From contig CBDEUM010000029.1 in NCBI GenBank assembly GCA_965242925.1, positions 160,001 through 224,000 on the forward strand: 64,000 bases of DNA, read 5' to 3'. Of this stretch, positions 18,998-28,970 are shown piece after piece (the stretch's first letter is position 1; each line of letters begins with the position of its first letter). Source of the DNA: Roseibacillus sp. (GTDB lineage: Bacteria; Verrucomicrobiota; Verrucomicrobiia; Verrucomicrobiales; Akkermansiaceae). Under the pieces are notes generated by a model that worked only from the letters and a program-made list of their open reading frames with translations, was not told the DNA's origin and made no database searches. The position numbers and the translations under genes were made by a program.

Positions 18998-21670
18998 ATG
19001 AAGCGAAAACTCGTCTGGATTCTCTCGTTACTTGCCTTGCCAGTCCTGGCACAGGAGGAAGTGGATGCCGTGGCCGAGGGCAAGCAGGCCTTTGCCACCT
19101 ACGGATGCATCACCTGCCATGTGGTGGACAAGAATGATAACTCGTTGCGGACAGGACCGAGTCTTTATGGTCTTTTCGTCAATGATCCCCGGGAGCGCGA
19201 GGTGAGTGTCCCCGGAACCGAGGGGAAGAAAAAGGTGAAGGCGGACAGGTCCTATTACCAGGACTCGGTGCGCAAGTCCACCGATGTGCTGGCCATTGCG
19301 GAGAGCGGGGAAACGAAGGGGACGGCCTATCCCGCCGCCATGCCGATGTATACTGCGGAGGTTATTTCCGACCAGGCGGTGGAACACATTTTCCACTATC
19401 TGCGGACCCTTGCCGACGAGGGTCAGACAGGGCCCCGGGTGGTCAAGGTGAAGCTCGACAGGAAAGCGCAGCCTAAAAATCTTCTTGAGGTTGGAGGAGA
19501 AGTGGTGGTAGCCGGGCGCACGCGGGTGTTTCGGGCGCCTATCACCAAGTCGAGCGGACGGGCGGTTCACGTGGGATTGCCTAACGGGATGAACTACACC
19601 TTCGATTCGCGCACCCTCTCAGTGCGAAACGTCTGGGGTGGTGGGTTTCTCAATCTCAATGAAGAGCGCCGCGGTCGGGGGCAGCCCAATTCCCGTCGGG
19701 GACAGGGTAACCAGACCTTTATCGAGGGTCTTGGAATCCTGCGGCCGGTGCTGGGCGGAGCGCCGGTGGACTTCGAGTTCAAGGAACCGGACGTCAAGGA
19801 TCACAAGAATGTCGAGAAGTGGCTGTGGGAAGACCGCGATTTTCCCGAACTCCTTGCCTCGGTGGATGCCAATTACCACGGCCACAGCCTGGAGTCCTCG
19901 ACAGGTGACCCGGTCTTCCGTTTCCGGGTGGGGCGCAACGAGTTCCTGCAGGCAGTGCGCTTTGCGGAGGACGGACGACTGGAGATCGGTCTGCGAGCGA
20001 ACCTGAAGGACGCCCAGACCTTCCAGGTCTCGGAGGCCGGGTTAACCGAGATGACGGTCAAGGGGGGCAAGCTGGCCAACGGGAAGTGGACCCTTCCGGC
20101 GGGGCCTGCCCGGGGCTATACCTTCAGTGCGCGACTGCAGAGGGCCTTGGTCGCCCGCCCCTTCATCGACAGGGAGGAACACTGGGGGGAGCAACCGGTT
20201 GTGCGCAACAAGAACAAGGCAGGCAAGAAGATGATGGAGGTGCCTCCCGGATATTCGTTTGAAAACTGGGAGTCTCCCAAGGACATCTACGGTCGGGATC
20301 AGCTCTTTGAGCCCACCGGGATCGCGGTGGCCAAGGACGGGACGATCGTGGTGGCCACGCGGACAGCCGGAATCTGGCGGATCCGCAACGACAAGTGGAC
20401 GAAGTTTGCGGAAGGCACCTACGAGTGCCTGGGCGTGGTGATCGAGGACGACAAGGGCGACCAGTTCGTGGTCATGCAGAAGCCCGAGTTGACCCGCATG
20501 AAAGACAGCAATGGTGACGGGCGCGGTGACAGTTTCGAGACGGTGTGCGACGACTACGGGTTCCACGGGAACTATCACGAGTACGCCCACGGCCCTGCGC
20601 GCGACAAGGAGGGCAACTACTACTTCTCCCTGAATCTCTCGCACGGTGGAAACGAGCGGACCTCCTGGCGGGCCGGCGGCCCCTTCATGGGATCGATGGG
20701 TGGATATCGTGGCTGGGCTTGTCGGGTCACCCCCGCGGGCAAGTTCGAACCCTACGCCAGTGGGCTGCGGAGCCCTGCCGGAATCGGGGTCGATCCCGCC
20801 GGGCGGCTGTGGTACTCCGAAAACCAGGGTGAGTATGTGGGCTCCTCCAAGGTGGTGCCCTTGGAGAAGGGAAAATTCTACGGACACCTCTCAGGGTTGC
20901 TGACCCTGCCCGGGAAAATGAAGCCGGACTCGGCCGAACTGAAATTCGACAAGTGGAAGGACAAGATTCGCAAGGGGGCGGTGTGGCTGCCACACGGAAT
21001 GGTGGCCAATGCACCGGGCAACCCGGCCTGGGATACGACGGGCGGGAAGTTTGGGCCGTTCAAGGGGCAGATGTTCATGGGCGACCAGACGCTCTCCAAT
21101 CTCTTCCGGGTGGTAACCGAGCAGGTCAACGGGATCGATCAGGGATGTGTCATTCCCTTCGGACGGTTCTTTGCCTCCGGAGTGATGCGTCCGGTCTTCC
21201 TGCCGGACGGTAGTCTACTGGTGGGTCAGACGGGACGGGGCTGGGGCGCCTGGGGCGGCCAGCAGGCCAGCCTGCAGCGTATCGTCTATGATGGAAAGAC
21301 GGTGGCCGCGGCCATCCACCATGCCAAGGCGGCCAAAAACGGATTTCTTCTGAAACTCACCCAACCGGTAGGGCAGGCGGTCAGTGAAGAGCAGCTGGCG
21401 GACAAGCTCAAGGTCCGGTCCTGGTTCTACACCAACACGGGACGTTACGGCTCACCCCGGCACGAGGAGCGTGAAGATGCCATCGACCGCGTGCACATTG
21501 ATGACGACCGCAAGAACGTGCTGGTCGTGATGAAGGACTTCGGGTCCGGTGACAGGAAGTGGCTGGACCGGCTCTATCACATCGAGATCCCGGACACCAA
21601 GGAGCTCTTCGGAGCTGCACCGGTGATGGATTCGATGCGGGCCTACTTCACTCTGCGAATCATCCCATGA
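18998..21670 (+). CDS. Cytochrome c fused to a glucose/sorbosone-dehydrogenase-like beta-propeller (PVC type)
   Basis: Signal peptide; CITCH...GPSL...MP; GNYHEYAHGP; GLRSPAG; ENQGEY. Confidence 0.82.
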   Translation: MKRKLVWILSLLALPVLAQEEVDAVAEGKQAFATYGCITCHVVDKNDNSLRTGPSLYGLFVNDPREREVSVPGTEGKKKVKADRSYYQDSVRKSTDVLAIAESGETKGTAYPAAMPMYTAEVISDQAVEHIFHYLRTLADEGQTGPRVVKVKLDRKAQPKNLLEVGGEVVVAGRTRVFRAPITKSSGRAVHVGLPNGMNYTFDSRTLSVRNVWGGGFLNLNEERRGRGQPNSRRGQGNQTFIEGLGILRPVLGGAPVDFEFKEPDVKDHKNVEKWLWEDRDFPELLASVDANYHGHSLESSTGDPVFRFRVGRNEFLQAVRFAEDGRLEIGLRANLKDAQTFQVSEAGLTEMTVKGGKLANGKWTLPAGPARGYTFSARLQRALVARPFIDREEHWGEQPVVRNKNKAGKKMMEVPPGYSFENWESPKDIYGRDQLFEPTGIAVAKDGTIVVATRTAGIWRIRNDKWTKFAEGTYECLGVVIEDDKGDQFVVMQKPELTRMKDSNGDGRGDSFETVCDDYGFHGNYHEYAHGPARDKEGNYYFSLNLSHGGNERTSWRAGGPFMGSMGGYRGWACRVTPAGKFEPYASGLRSPAGIGVDPAGRLWYSENQGEYVGSSKVVPLEKGKFYGHLSGLLTLPGKMKPDSAELKFDKWKDKIRKGAVWLPHGMVANAPGNPAWDTTGGKFGPFKGQMFMGDQTLSNLFRVVTEQVNGIDQGCVIPFGRFFASGVMRPVFLPDGSLLVGQTGRGWGAWGGQQASLQRIVYDGKTVAAAIHHAKAAKNGFLLKLTQPVGQAVSEEQLADKLKVRSWFYTNTGRYGSPRHEEREDAIDRVHIDDDRKNVLVVMKDFGSGDRKWLDRLYHIEIPDTKELFGAAPVMDSMRAYFTLRIIP

Positions 21671-21709
21671 ACCTGGTGGCGCCTGGAATGCGCCGCCAGC
21701 TTTCCCCGA

Positions 21710-22798
21710 TTACTTTGCGGGCACACGCCCCAGGCCGAACTCGCAGCTGATCCTGACCACCTTGCCTTCATCGAGATGAACCTCGATGAACTTGGAGGAG
21801 GCGAACGGGTTGCCATCCTGATCCTTCAGGGTGGCGATCACCTCCCGGGTCTTCACATCAAAGACGTCGGGGGTGTGGCAGTAACCGTATTTCCCGTCCA
21901 GCGAGAAGCACACCCAGCCGTGACCTCCGATGCTGAGGTCAAGGTGGCCGGATTGCTTGGGAGGCATGACGGTCATGTCGAAGGTGTAGAGACGCTTGCC
22001 GTCCTGATCGGAAAGCCAGAGCTGGGTTTCGTCGGGTGTCATGCCGGCCCCATGCGTGCGATGTTTGATCACTTTCCCGGTGTCCGGGTCGATGGCCTTG
22101 ACCCGGTGGATCACCTTGCCGGCCGTGAGATCGACCACATCGACCCCGATGTGGGCTCCAAGGCAGACGTAGGCATGTGAATTGTCGTACTTTACGGTAT
22201 AGGGAAAGACGCCTCGTTCCCCCACCGGCTCGATGCTCTGAAGAATCCTGCCGGTTCTGGCGTCGAGCTGGGTGAGTTTGGTGGTGGTGCCGAGATAGAT
22301 GTAGTTTCCCTTCAGGCTGGCGATGCTGTTGTGGGCGGCACTGCCCACCTTGATGGTCTTGAGGGGGTCTCCGGTCCTAGGATCGATGACAAGGAAGCCG
22401 CTGTCGTCCCCGCGGTACCACCACCCGGTGGGAGCGTAGATGGTCTTACCGTCGGGTGTGATGCAGCTGCGGTCGCAGCCCCGGTCATAGGTTCGGTTCC
22501 ATATGACTTTCCCGCTTTCGATGTCAAAGCAGCCCATCCGGCGGTTGGTGGTGCCGAAGTAGAGTCGCTTGGTGGCGGTGCATCCGGTGAATCCGCGCAC
22601 TCCCTCCTTCATGTCCGGAATCTCGATGCGGCGAACGAACTTGTGACCGTTGTCGATGTCGAAAACGAGAATGCCGGCCCCGGACTTGCCCTCGCGCTGG
22701 GCACCATCCGGGGTGGCGCAGTAGAGGTAGCGGCGGACTTCGGCAGAGGTAGAGGAAAGCGCGAAGAGGACGAAGCTGAGAGCGAGGATGATTTTCAT
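21710..22798 (-). CDS. Secreted YncE/lactonase-like beta-propeller protein
   Basis: Signal peptide; repeated TPDG/SLDG blade motifs. Confidence 0.75.
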   Translation of the reverse strand: MKIILALSFVLFALSSTSAEVRRYLYCATPDGAQREGKSGAGILVFDIDNGHKFVRRIEIPDMKEGVRGFTGCTATKRLYFGTTNRRMGCFDIESGKVIWNRTYDRGCDRSCITPDGKTIYAPTGWWYRGDDSGFLVIDPRTGDPLKTIKVGSAAHNSIASLKGNYIYLGTTTKLTQLDARTGRILQSIEPVGERGVFPYTVKYDNSHAYVCLGAHIGVDVVDLTAGKVIHRVKAIDPDTGKVIKHRTHGAGMTPDETQLWLSDQDGKRLYTFDMTVMPPKQSGHLDLSIGGHGWVCFSLDGKYGYCHTPDVFDVKTREVIATLKDQDGNPFASSKFIEVHLDEGKVVRISCEFGLGRVPAK

Positions 22799-22810
22799 GA
22801 GACGAGGAAC

Positions 22811-23734
22811 TCAATTGAGTGGGAGTCGGTAGGCTGTTGCAGCGTTCTTCCAATAGTAGTTTTCACGGGCCTCCTGGCCCTTTCCGGAGATCCAGGCGTC
22901 AACCAGCCTGAGGAAGCTGCCATAGGATCCGCTGTGCTTGGTGCAGGGCCAGTTGGATCCGTAGACCAGGCGGTCCCTACCAAAGTTCTTCCAGAGCACC
23001 TCAAGAACCGCCTGGTAGTGGGCGGGATCCTTCACGGCAGGCTGAGTCGCACAGCGTTGGTAGAGGCCTGAGATCTTGCAGTAGACGTTCTTGTTGGCGG
23101 CCAGGCTCTCGACAGCCGCAATCCAGTCCTTCCCCGGTGGTTTGCCGTCAAAGTCGTATCCGAGGCAGTGGTCGATCACGATGGTCAGATTCGGGATGCT
23201 GTGTGCCAGCTTGTCAGCGATCCTGATCCCCGGGATGCCCCCTCCGTTGGTGAGGTAGTCCATGGTGAGCTCGCGCTGGGCCAGCATGTTGAGATTGGAG
23301 AGGACAAGGTCGTGGGTGAAGTCGATGGCCTTGGGACCGCGGGCCCGGACCCCGACAAAACGCCTGTCCTTTTTCAACCGCGCAACGTGCTGGTCAAAGT
23401 CTTCCCGATAGACGTCCACATTTCCGACAAGACCAATGTAGAACTGATCCTCCTTGACCAGGTCGAGAACCCATTTGTTGTCCTCCAGGCGATCGCTGGC
23501 CTCCACGATGACCACCCCGGTGACGCCGGCGGCCCTGGCCAGTTTGTTGTATTCCGGGGGAAGATGGGGCTTATAGAGCACCTTGTCGTCAGCGGGGGGC
23601 CAGCCAACCTTCTTTTCCCTCGTTGTGTCGTAGAGGTGGATGTGGGTGTCGATGAGGTGCTTGACGGGCTTGATCTCAGCACCTGACAACTGGGAACCAA
23701 GCAGGACGGAGCAGAGGACGCGGGCAGTTTTCAT
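22811..23734 (-). CDS. Amidohydrolase_2 family protein (L-fuconolactonase-like) with signal peptide
   Basis: IDTHIH, VIDH, CKISGL, YGSNWP. Confidence 0.85.
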   Translation of the reverse strand: MKTARVLCSVLLGSQLSGAEIKPVKHLIDTHIHLYDTTREKKVGWPPADDKVLYKPHLPPEYNKLARAAGVTGVVIVEASDRLEDNKWVLDLVKEDQFYIGLVGNVDVYREDFDQHVARLKKDRRFVGVRARGPKAIDFTHDLVLSNLNMLAQRELTMDYLTNGGGIPGIRIADKLAHSIPNLTIVIDHCLGYDFDGKPPGKDWIAAVESLAANKNVYCKISGLYQRCATQPAVKDPAHYQAVLEVLWKNFGRDRLVYGSNWPCTKHSGSYGSFLRLVDAWISGKGQEARENYYWKNAATAYRLPLN

Positions 23735-23798
23735 TCTTGATGGGGATGGGATACTGGCCACCGGTTGGGGATCAGCGGCTACCTGTCATGCCGCACAC

Positions 23799-25148
23799 TT
23801 ACTCTCCTGTTCCCCCGGTCCATTTCTCGGTCTGGAAGGGAGAGGCCGGAAGGCCGGCCCGGTTGATCAGGTTGGGATTGGCCACCTTGTGCCAGCCGAA
23901 GCGCACCTGGGTGGGACTCTTGATACTTTCTGCACTTACCAGCACGAATTTCCCTTCGATCTTGGCCTTGGCGTCTACGAATTGCCCATCCGCTCCCGCG
24001 ATCTTGAATTCATTGAGATCCTGTCCGTCGCGCGACTTGAGGCCGTCAGAATGAGCGAAGGCGAGGCGGATTCTACCGCCTTCCACCTTCATGGCCTTGT
24101 AGAGCGGTCCGGAATAGACCACCCCCTTTTTCTGGTAATGCCTGGCCAGAGCCCAGCGGGCGAGGCGGTCCCCCACGTCATGTTTGTTGCGGGGGTGAAT
24201 GTCCCCGATGTTGTGGACGATGTCAGTGGTCACGGCCATTCCGGTGTGAGGGAGCTTGAGGGTGGCGCACTGGGCTTCCCAGAGGGCGGGCAGCTGGCCG
24301 GGAGCGTAGCCCCCGCTCCAGGGAGCAATCTGCACGAAGTAGAAAGGCATGTTCCCGTTGTTGAAGACGCGACGCCATCCCTCGATGAGATCCTTCATCT
24401 TGCCGGTGTAAGCGAGACCGTTTTTGTGGAGGCAGTTGGTTTCGCCCTGGTACCAGATCGTGCCGGTGACCGGGAAGTTCACGATCGGGGCGATCATTCC
24501 GTTGTACATTTTCCCGGAACCCTTGTCGGTGACGGTCCAGGGCTCGATGGGAGAACCGCCCCATGAGCTGTTGATCAATCCGATGGGAACTTTCTGGTCG
24601 GCGTGAACAGTCTTGCCGAAATGGTAGAGGACAGCGGAGAAGCTTGGGATAGTGGACGAGGTGCAGGGCTTCCACTGGGCTTCCACGTCGGTCTGCGGTG
24701 TATCGAACTGTTTCTTGGGGATGTGGAAGAGGCGGATCCCCGGGTGGTTGGCGTCCTTGACGAACTCATCCTTGCGTTCGCTCCCGTTCAGGTTCCATTC
24801 CATGTTGGACTGTCCGGATCCAATCCAGACGTCTCCAATGAGGATGTTTTCAAGGACGATGGTATTCTTCCCCTTGATGGTCATCTTGTGGGACTTGCCA
24901 CCATCGGACTTGAGGGAAGGCAGGACGATCTCCCAGGAGCCGTCCTCGTCGGTGGTGGCGGTGAAGGTGCGCGGGCCGAACTTGATGGAGACCTTTTCCC
25001 CCTCATCAGCAGATCCCCAGATGTGGAGGGGGGCGCCACGTTGCAGCACCATGTGATTGCCGAAGATGTTGGGAAGCTCGACGTCGGCATTTCCCGTGAG
25101 CGGCAGGAAGCCAGCGAGAAGAGTGAACAGGGCGTGTGTATATTTCAT
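23799..25148 (-). CDS. Sialate O-acetylesterase (SASA) family protein
   Basis: FGNHMVLQR, GQSNM, WYQGE, DIHPRNK, GLPASPF. Confidence 0.92.
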   Translation of the reverse strand: MKYTHALFTLLAGFLPLTGNADVELPNIFGNHMVLQRGAPLHIWGSADEGEKVSIKFGPRTFTATTDEDGSWEIVLPSLKSDGGKSHKMTIKGKNTIVLENILIGDVWIGSGQSNMEWNLNGSERKDEFVKDANHPGIRLFHIPKKQFDTPQTDVEAQWKPCTSSTIPSFSAVLYHFGKTVHADQKVPIGLINSSWGGSPIEPWTVTDKGSGKMYNGMIAPIVNFPVTGTIWYQGETNCLHKNGLAYTGKMKDLIEGWRRVFNNGNMPFYFVQIAPWSGGYAPGQLPALWEAQCATLKLPHTGMAVTTDIVHNIGDIHPRNKHDVGDRLARWALARHYQKKGVVYSGPLYKAMKVEGGRIRLAFAHSDGLKSRDGQDLNEFKIAGADGQFVDAKAKIEGKFVLVSAESIKSPTQVRFGWHKVANPNLINRAGLPASPFQTEKWTGGTGE

Positions 25149-25201
25149 GGTAGCCTTGGTTCCTAGAGGGAAAGGAGACCGGGCACCAGCGGAAAGGGTG
25201 C

Positions 25202-26443
25202 CTACTTGTGGCTGATTTCAGAGAGCTTCCAGGTGCGATCGGTGGCGACCTTCCTGTTGCCCATGATGATGCGCACGCGCATGGAGGGATCGTTCCCGGT
25301 AGTGTCGAAATCGACAGCCGCAAAACTGAGGTTGCCGCTGTTGGCGATCCCGGAGGAGATCACCTCTACCAGAGGGTAGCCCACCCGGGTTGATTCGGGG
25401 TGTTGCCAGACGAGGGAGTTGTGGATGTCGCCCGACATGTAGACGACCCCATTGATCCTGTTGGTCTTGACTGCATCGAAAAGTCGGTGACGGGAAAAAG
25501 TATAGATCCTCCATCCATCACCCTTGCTGTGATCGAGAGTGCTGCCGGAGGCGATGACCTTGAATTTGGCCCTGGAGGCCTTGAGGCCTTCGAGGAGCCA
25601 GTTGAACTGGGCGTCGCCGAGCATGCGCTTCTTGGCGTCGTCGGGGGCCTTGTCCGGACTTCGATGGTAGCGGCCATCGACCAAAAAGAAGTCCACTTCC
25701 CCCCAGCTGAATTTGAAGAAGGCACCCGGGGTGGCCGCAGTGCCCGCGGAGGGATTGCTCCAGAACTGTTTCCAGCCAGCGAGGGACTGTTCCTTCCCCC
25801 TGGCAGTTTTGTCAGAATCGTTGGGACCGTAATCATGGTCGTCCCACATGGCGTAGGTGGGAATATTGCGGATGACGGCCGCAAACTCCGGGACTCGTCG
25901 ATAGCGCAGGTGGTGCCCCCACTGTTCGGCGGGATCGGTGGTGTCGGCGTAGTGGGTGTCGCCCACCGTGAGATGGAGGTGTGGTTTCTCGGCGCGGAGG
26001 AGGTTCCAGGATCCCTGTGGTTGCCCGAACTTCATGCAGGAGGTGAGAACCATGCGGAACTTGTGGGGCGTGCCGGGCTGGGGCGGGGTTCGGAAGGAGC
26101 CCTGCAGGGTCCCGGCGGTTTCCCCGTCCACCTTCACTCCGTAGTGGTAGAAGGTGTCGGGGTTGAGGTCGGTGAGAGTTGCAGTCTGGAGGATTCCCAC
26201 CACCTTTCCGACCGGTTTATTGATGGGAGTGAACTTCAGCGGCGTGTTGAACACCTTGGCGGCATCGGGGGAGGCAAAGATCTCGCACTTGGCACCCGGG
26301 GAAGCGAAGAACCAGATACTCGCGGAGGTTGGCGTGACGGTGCCGACGAGGGGACCGGCCGTTCCCTCCGGAGCGGCCGGGAGGGGAGAGCAGGGAAGGA
26401 TCAGGAAGAGGGCTGCGCAGCCCATGCTGAAGAGCAATTTCAT
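25202..26443 (-). CDS. phoD: Alkaline phosphatase D family metallophosphatase
   Basis: Signal peptide; GDTHYAD, WDDHDYGPND, DGRYHR, SGDIH. Confidence 0.88.
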   Translation of the reverse strand: MKLLFSMGCAALFLILPCSPLPAAPEGTAGPLVGTVTPTSASIWFFASPGAKCEIFASPDAAKVFNTPLKFTPINKPVGKVVGILQTATLTDLNPDTFYHYGVKVDGETAGTLQGSFRTPPQPGTPHKFRMVLTSCMKFGQPQGSWNLLRAEKPHLHLTVGDTHYADTTDPAEQWGHHLRYRRVPEFAAVIRNIPTYAMWDDHDYGPNDSDKTARGKEQSLAGWKQFWSNPSAGTAATPGAFFKFSWGEVDFFLVDGRYHRSPDKAPDDAKKRMLGDAQFNWLLEGLKASRAKFKVIASGSTLDHSKGDGWRIYTFSRHRLFDAVKTNRINGVVYMSGDIHNSLVWQHPESTRVGYPLVEVISSGIANSGNLSFAAVDFDTTGNDPSMRVRIIMGNRKVATDRTWKLSEISHK

Positions 26444-26466
26444 GAGGTGGTGGAGTGGTTGGATGG

Positions 26467-28829
26467 TCAGGGATAAAGGAGATGTTTCCTGCGTCGATCT
26501 GCAAAGGCATCCAGGTCTTGCTGCCATTCGGCGATGATGGAGGAATGAGGGAGCTGGTTCAGGATAGCGTGTTCAGTGGCAGGGTGGCGGAGAAGGGTGT
26601 TGAGCTTCTCGGTCTTCCACTCGGCAGGGTAGAGTTGCCGAAAGAGCTTGAGCCATGGCAAGACCTAGTTCTACGGAAGGGCACTTGGCCGGATTCTTGA
26701 GGAGGATCCGCACCCCGCCGCATTCTTCGCCTTCGAACATGCTGGTCTCCGGGGTGAAGTGTATTGGGAATGAACTGCAAGCCCGGGAGTTCGACGGTGG
26801 TGAGTTGGTCGGCAAGATCCTCGGGTACGATATAGGGGGCACCCACAATTTCGAAGGGGAGTTTGGTTCCCCGGCCTACCGAGAGATTGGTGAATTCAAG
26901 GAGGCCGAGACCGGGGTAGAGAGTGGCGGCAGTGAGATTGGGCATGTTTGGCGAGGGTTTGACCCAGGGCAGTCCGGTCTCATCGAAGCGCATGGAGCGC
27001 TTCCAGTGGCGCAGGGGCACCACCTTGAGATCGAGTTGCGGGAAGCGCTCACTTTGGTACAGTTTGGCGATCTCTCCCGCCGTCATGCCGTGCTGCACCG
27101 GGATCTCATGGAATGCCACGAACTTGCTTTCGCCGTCGCGGAGGGGTCCCGCTACCTTTGATCCGCCGATAGGATTGATGCGGTCGAGCACGATAAACTT
27201 GATCCCGGCTTCTTCCGCGGCCTCCATGGCGAGGCCCATGGTGGAGATGTAGGTGTAGAACCGGCATCCGATGTCCTGCATGTCAAAGACGAGGGCGTCG
27301 ACCTCGGCGAGGTGCTCTTTCATGGGTTTGCGCCGGTCCTTTCCGGCATAGAGGCTGCGCACCGGCAGGCCGGTCGTATCGTCCACCCCGTCTTCCACCT
27401 TCCCCGTCCCGGCTCCCGCGGATGCCGTGCTCGGGTCCGAAGAGAGATACCAGGTTCACTTCCTTGGCCGCATGCCAGGAGGTCAATGGTGGTTCTGCGA
27501 TCGCGACTCATTCCGCTCGGGTTGGTGATAAGGCCCACCCGCAGGTCCTTGAGGGCACCAAACTTTTCGGCTACGAGGACGTCGATGCCATTGAGGACGT
27601 TGCCGGCGGGGCGTTGAACCCTGTCTAGGGCTTTTTTTCGTTCCTTTTCGCTGAGATCCGGCAACGCCCCGGTGACGTTTCTGAAATCGAATCCGGTCGC
27701 TTGGGCAGCCAGGGTTCCAAGGCGGTAGCGGAGGCTCAGGACGTTGCCACCGGAGGGGTGATTGCGGTTGCTCAGGAAGATGATGGAGGTCCTGCTGAAG
27801 GGGTCGATCCAGAGCGAGGTGCCGGTCCACCCGGAGTGGCCGAAGGAGCCGCGCGGGAAGAGTTTTCCCCGGGGACCGGCATAGGGCGAGTCAATGTCGA
27901 ATCCGAGTCCACGCCGTGCGGTGATAAACTCTGGTGATTGCACCGTTTGCATAAGCTTTACCGTCTCTGGTCTGAGGATCCGGATACCATCCAGCTCACC
28001 GCGGTTGAGAATCATGCGGGTGTAGCGAGCGAGATCGTGAGCGGTGGTAAAGAGGCGGCCGGCGTGTCCCGCCTCGCCTCCCATCGCCCGGGCGGTGGGA
28101 TCGTGCACTACGCCACGGAGCACGCTTCCATCTTCCATGCGGGTGGTGGGCGCGATTCGCGCGAGTTTTTCGTCTGCTGGCCGGAAGCCCGTGTCGGTCA
28201 TCCCGAGAGGGCCGAACACGGATTCCTGAGCATAGAGCGAGAGGGGCCGCATGGTGATCCGTTCTACGATTTCCCCAAGAAGGATGAAATTGATGTCGCT
28301 GTAGCGGTAGGCACAGCCGGCGTGACCGAATGAGGCCTCGCTGGTGGCCAGGGCGATCCCGGCGGCATGGCCCCTGCCAGTCATAACCACGGCGAATGCC
28401 CGGGAGGAGACCGCTGGTGTGAGTGAGGAGGTGGCGAATGGTGACGGCGGCCTTGTTGGGATCCCCGGTGAGCTCGGGAAGGAACCTGCTGACCTTGTCT
28501 TCCAGGGTCAGTTTATTCTCTTCAATGAGCTTCAGGATGCAGGGTGTGGTGGCTACCACCTTGGTCAGGGAAGCGGCGTCGAAGATCGTGTTGACGGTCA
28601 TGGCCTCGCTTGCGGGGACAGTGACCCGCTTTCCGTAAGCTTTCCGGTAAACTTCTTCCTGGCGTTCCAGCCACAGTACGCCACCGGGTAGCCGCTTGCC
28701 CTTGATCGAGCTCAGGACCGCGCGGTCCATTTTCCGGAGGATCTCAGAACGGAGGACCGAGGAATCCGGTGCAGTGGTCTGGCCTGGCATGGACAGAACC
28801 AGAATGAAAAAAAACCCGACGATTCGCAT
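26467..28829 (-). CDS. namZ: Serine hydrolase (beta-lactamase-like) fused to exo-beta-N-acetylmuramidase NamZ (DUF1343); five apparent +1 frameshifts
   Basis: Fragments across frames: ASLTK (SxxK), LLTHTSG, YSDINF, FGHSGWTG, GIDVL, FGPEHG, DMQDIGCRFYTY, LDRINP, PSPNMP, GRGT. Removing one base at each of five homopolymers restores a single ORF. Confidence 0.85.
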
Positions 28830-28970
28830 GGACTACAGTTTTGGTGAACGGGGGAACTTTCAGGAGGTTACCCGGGTTCCATCGCTTTGTCTCCCCGCTA
28901 ACAACAAGGCGGCGGCTTCCCGGAATCCCGAAGGCCGCGGCGCTGGATCCCAATGCGGGTGATCCTGCGT

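Noticed and set aside
26467..28829. Programmed frameshifting or phase variation
   Set aside because: Five shifts in short runs of 2-4 nt in one gene are implausible as regulation.
28744..28970. C-terminal extension of the PPDK_N ORF overlapping the next gene
   Set aside because: It arises from one extra base; the corrected end is KQARPWVY* at 28971.
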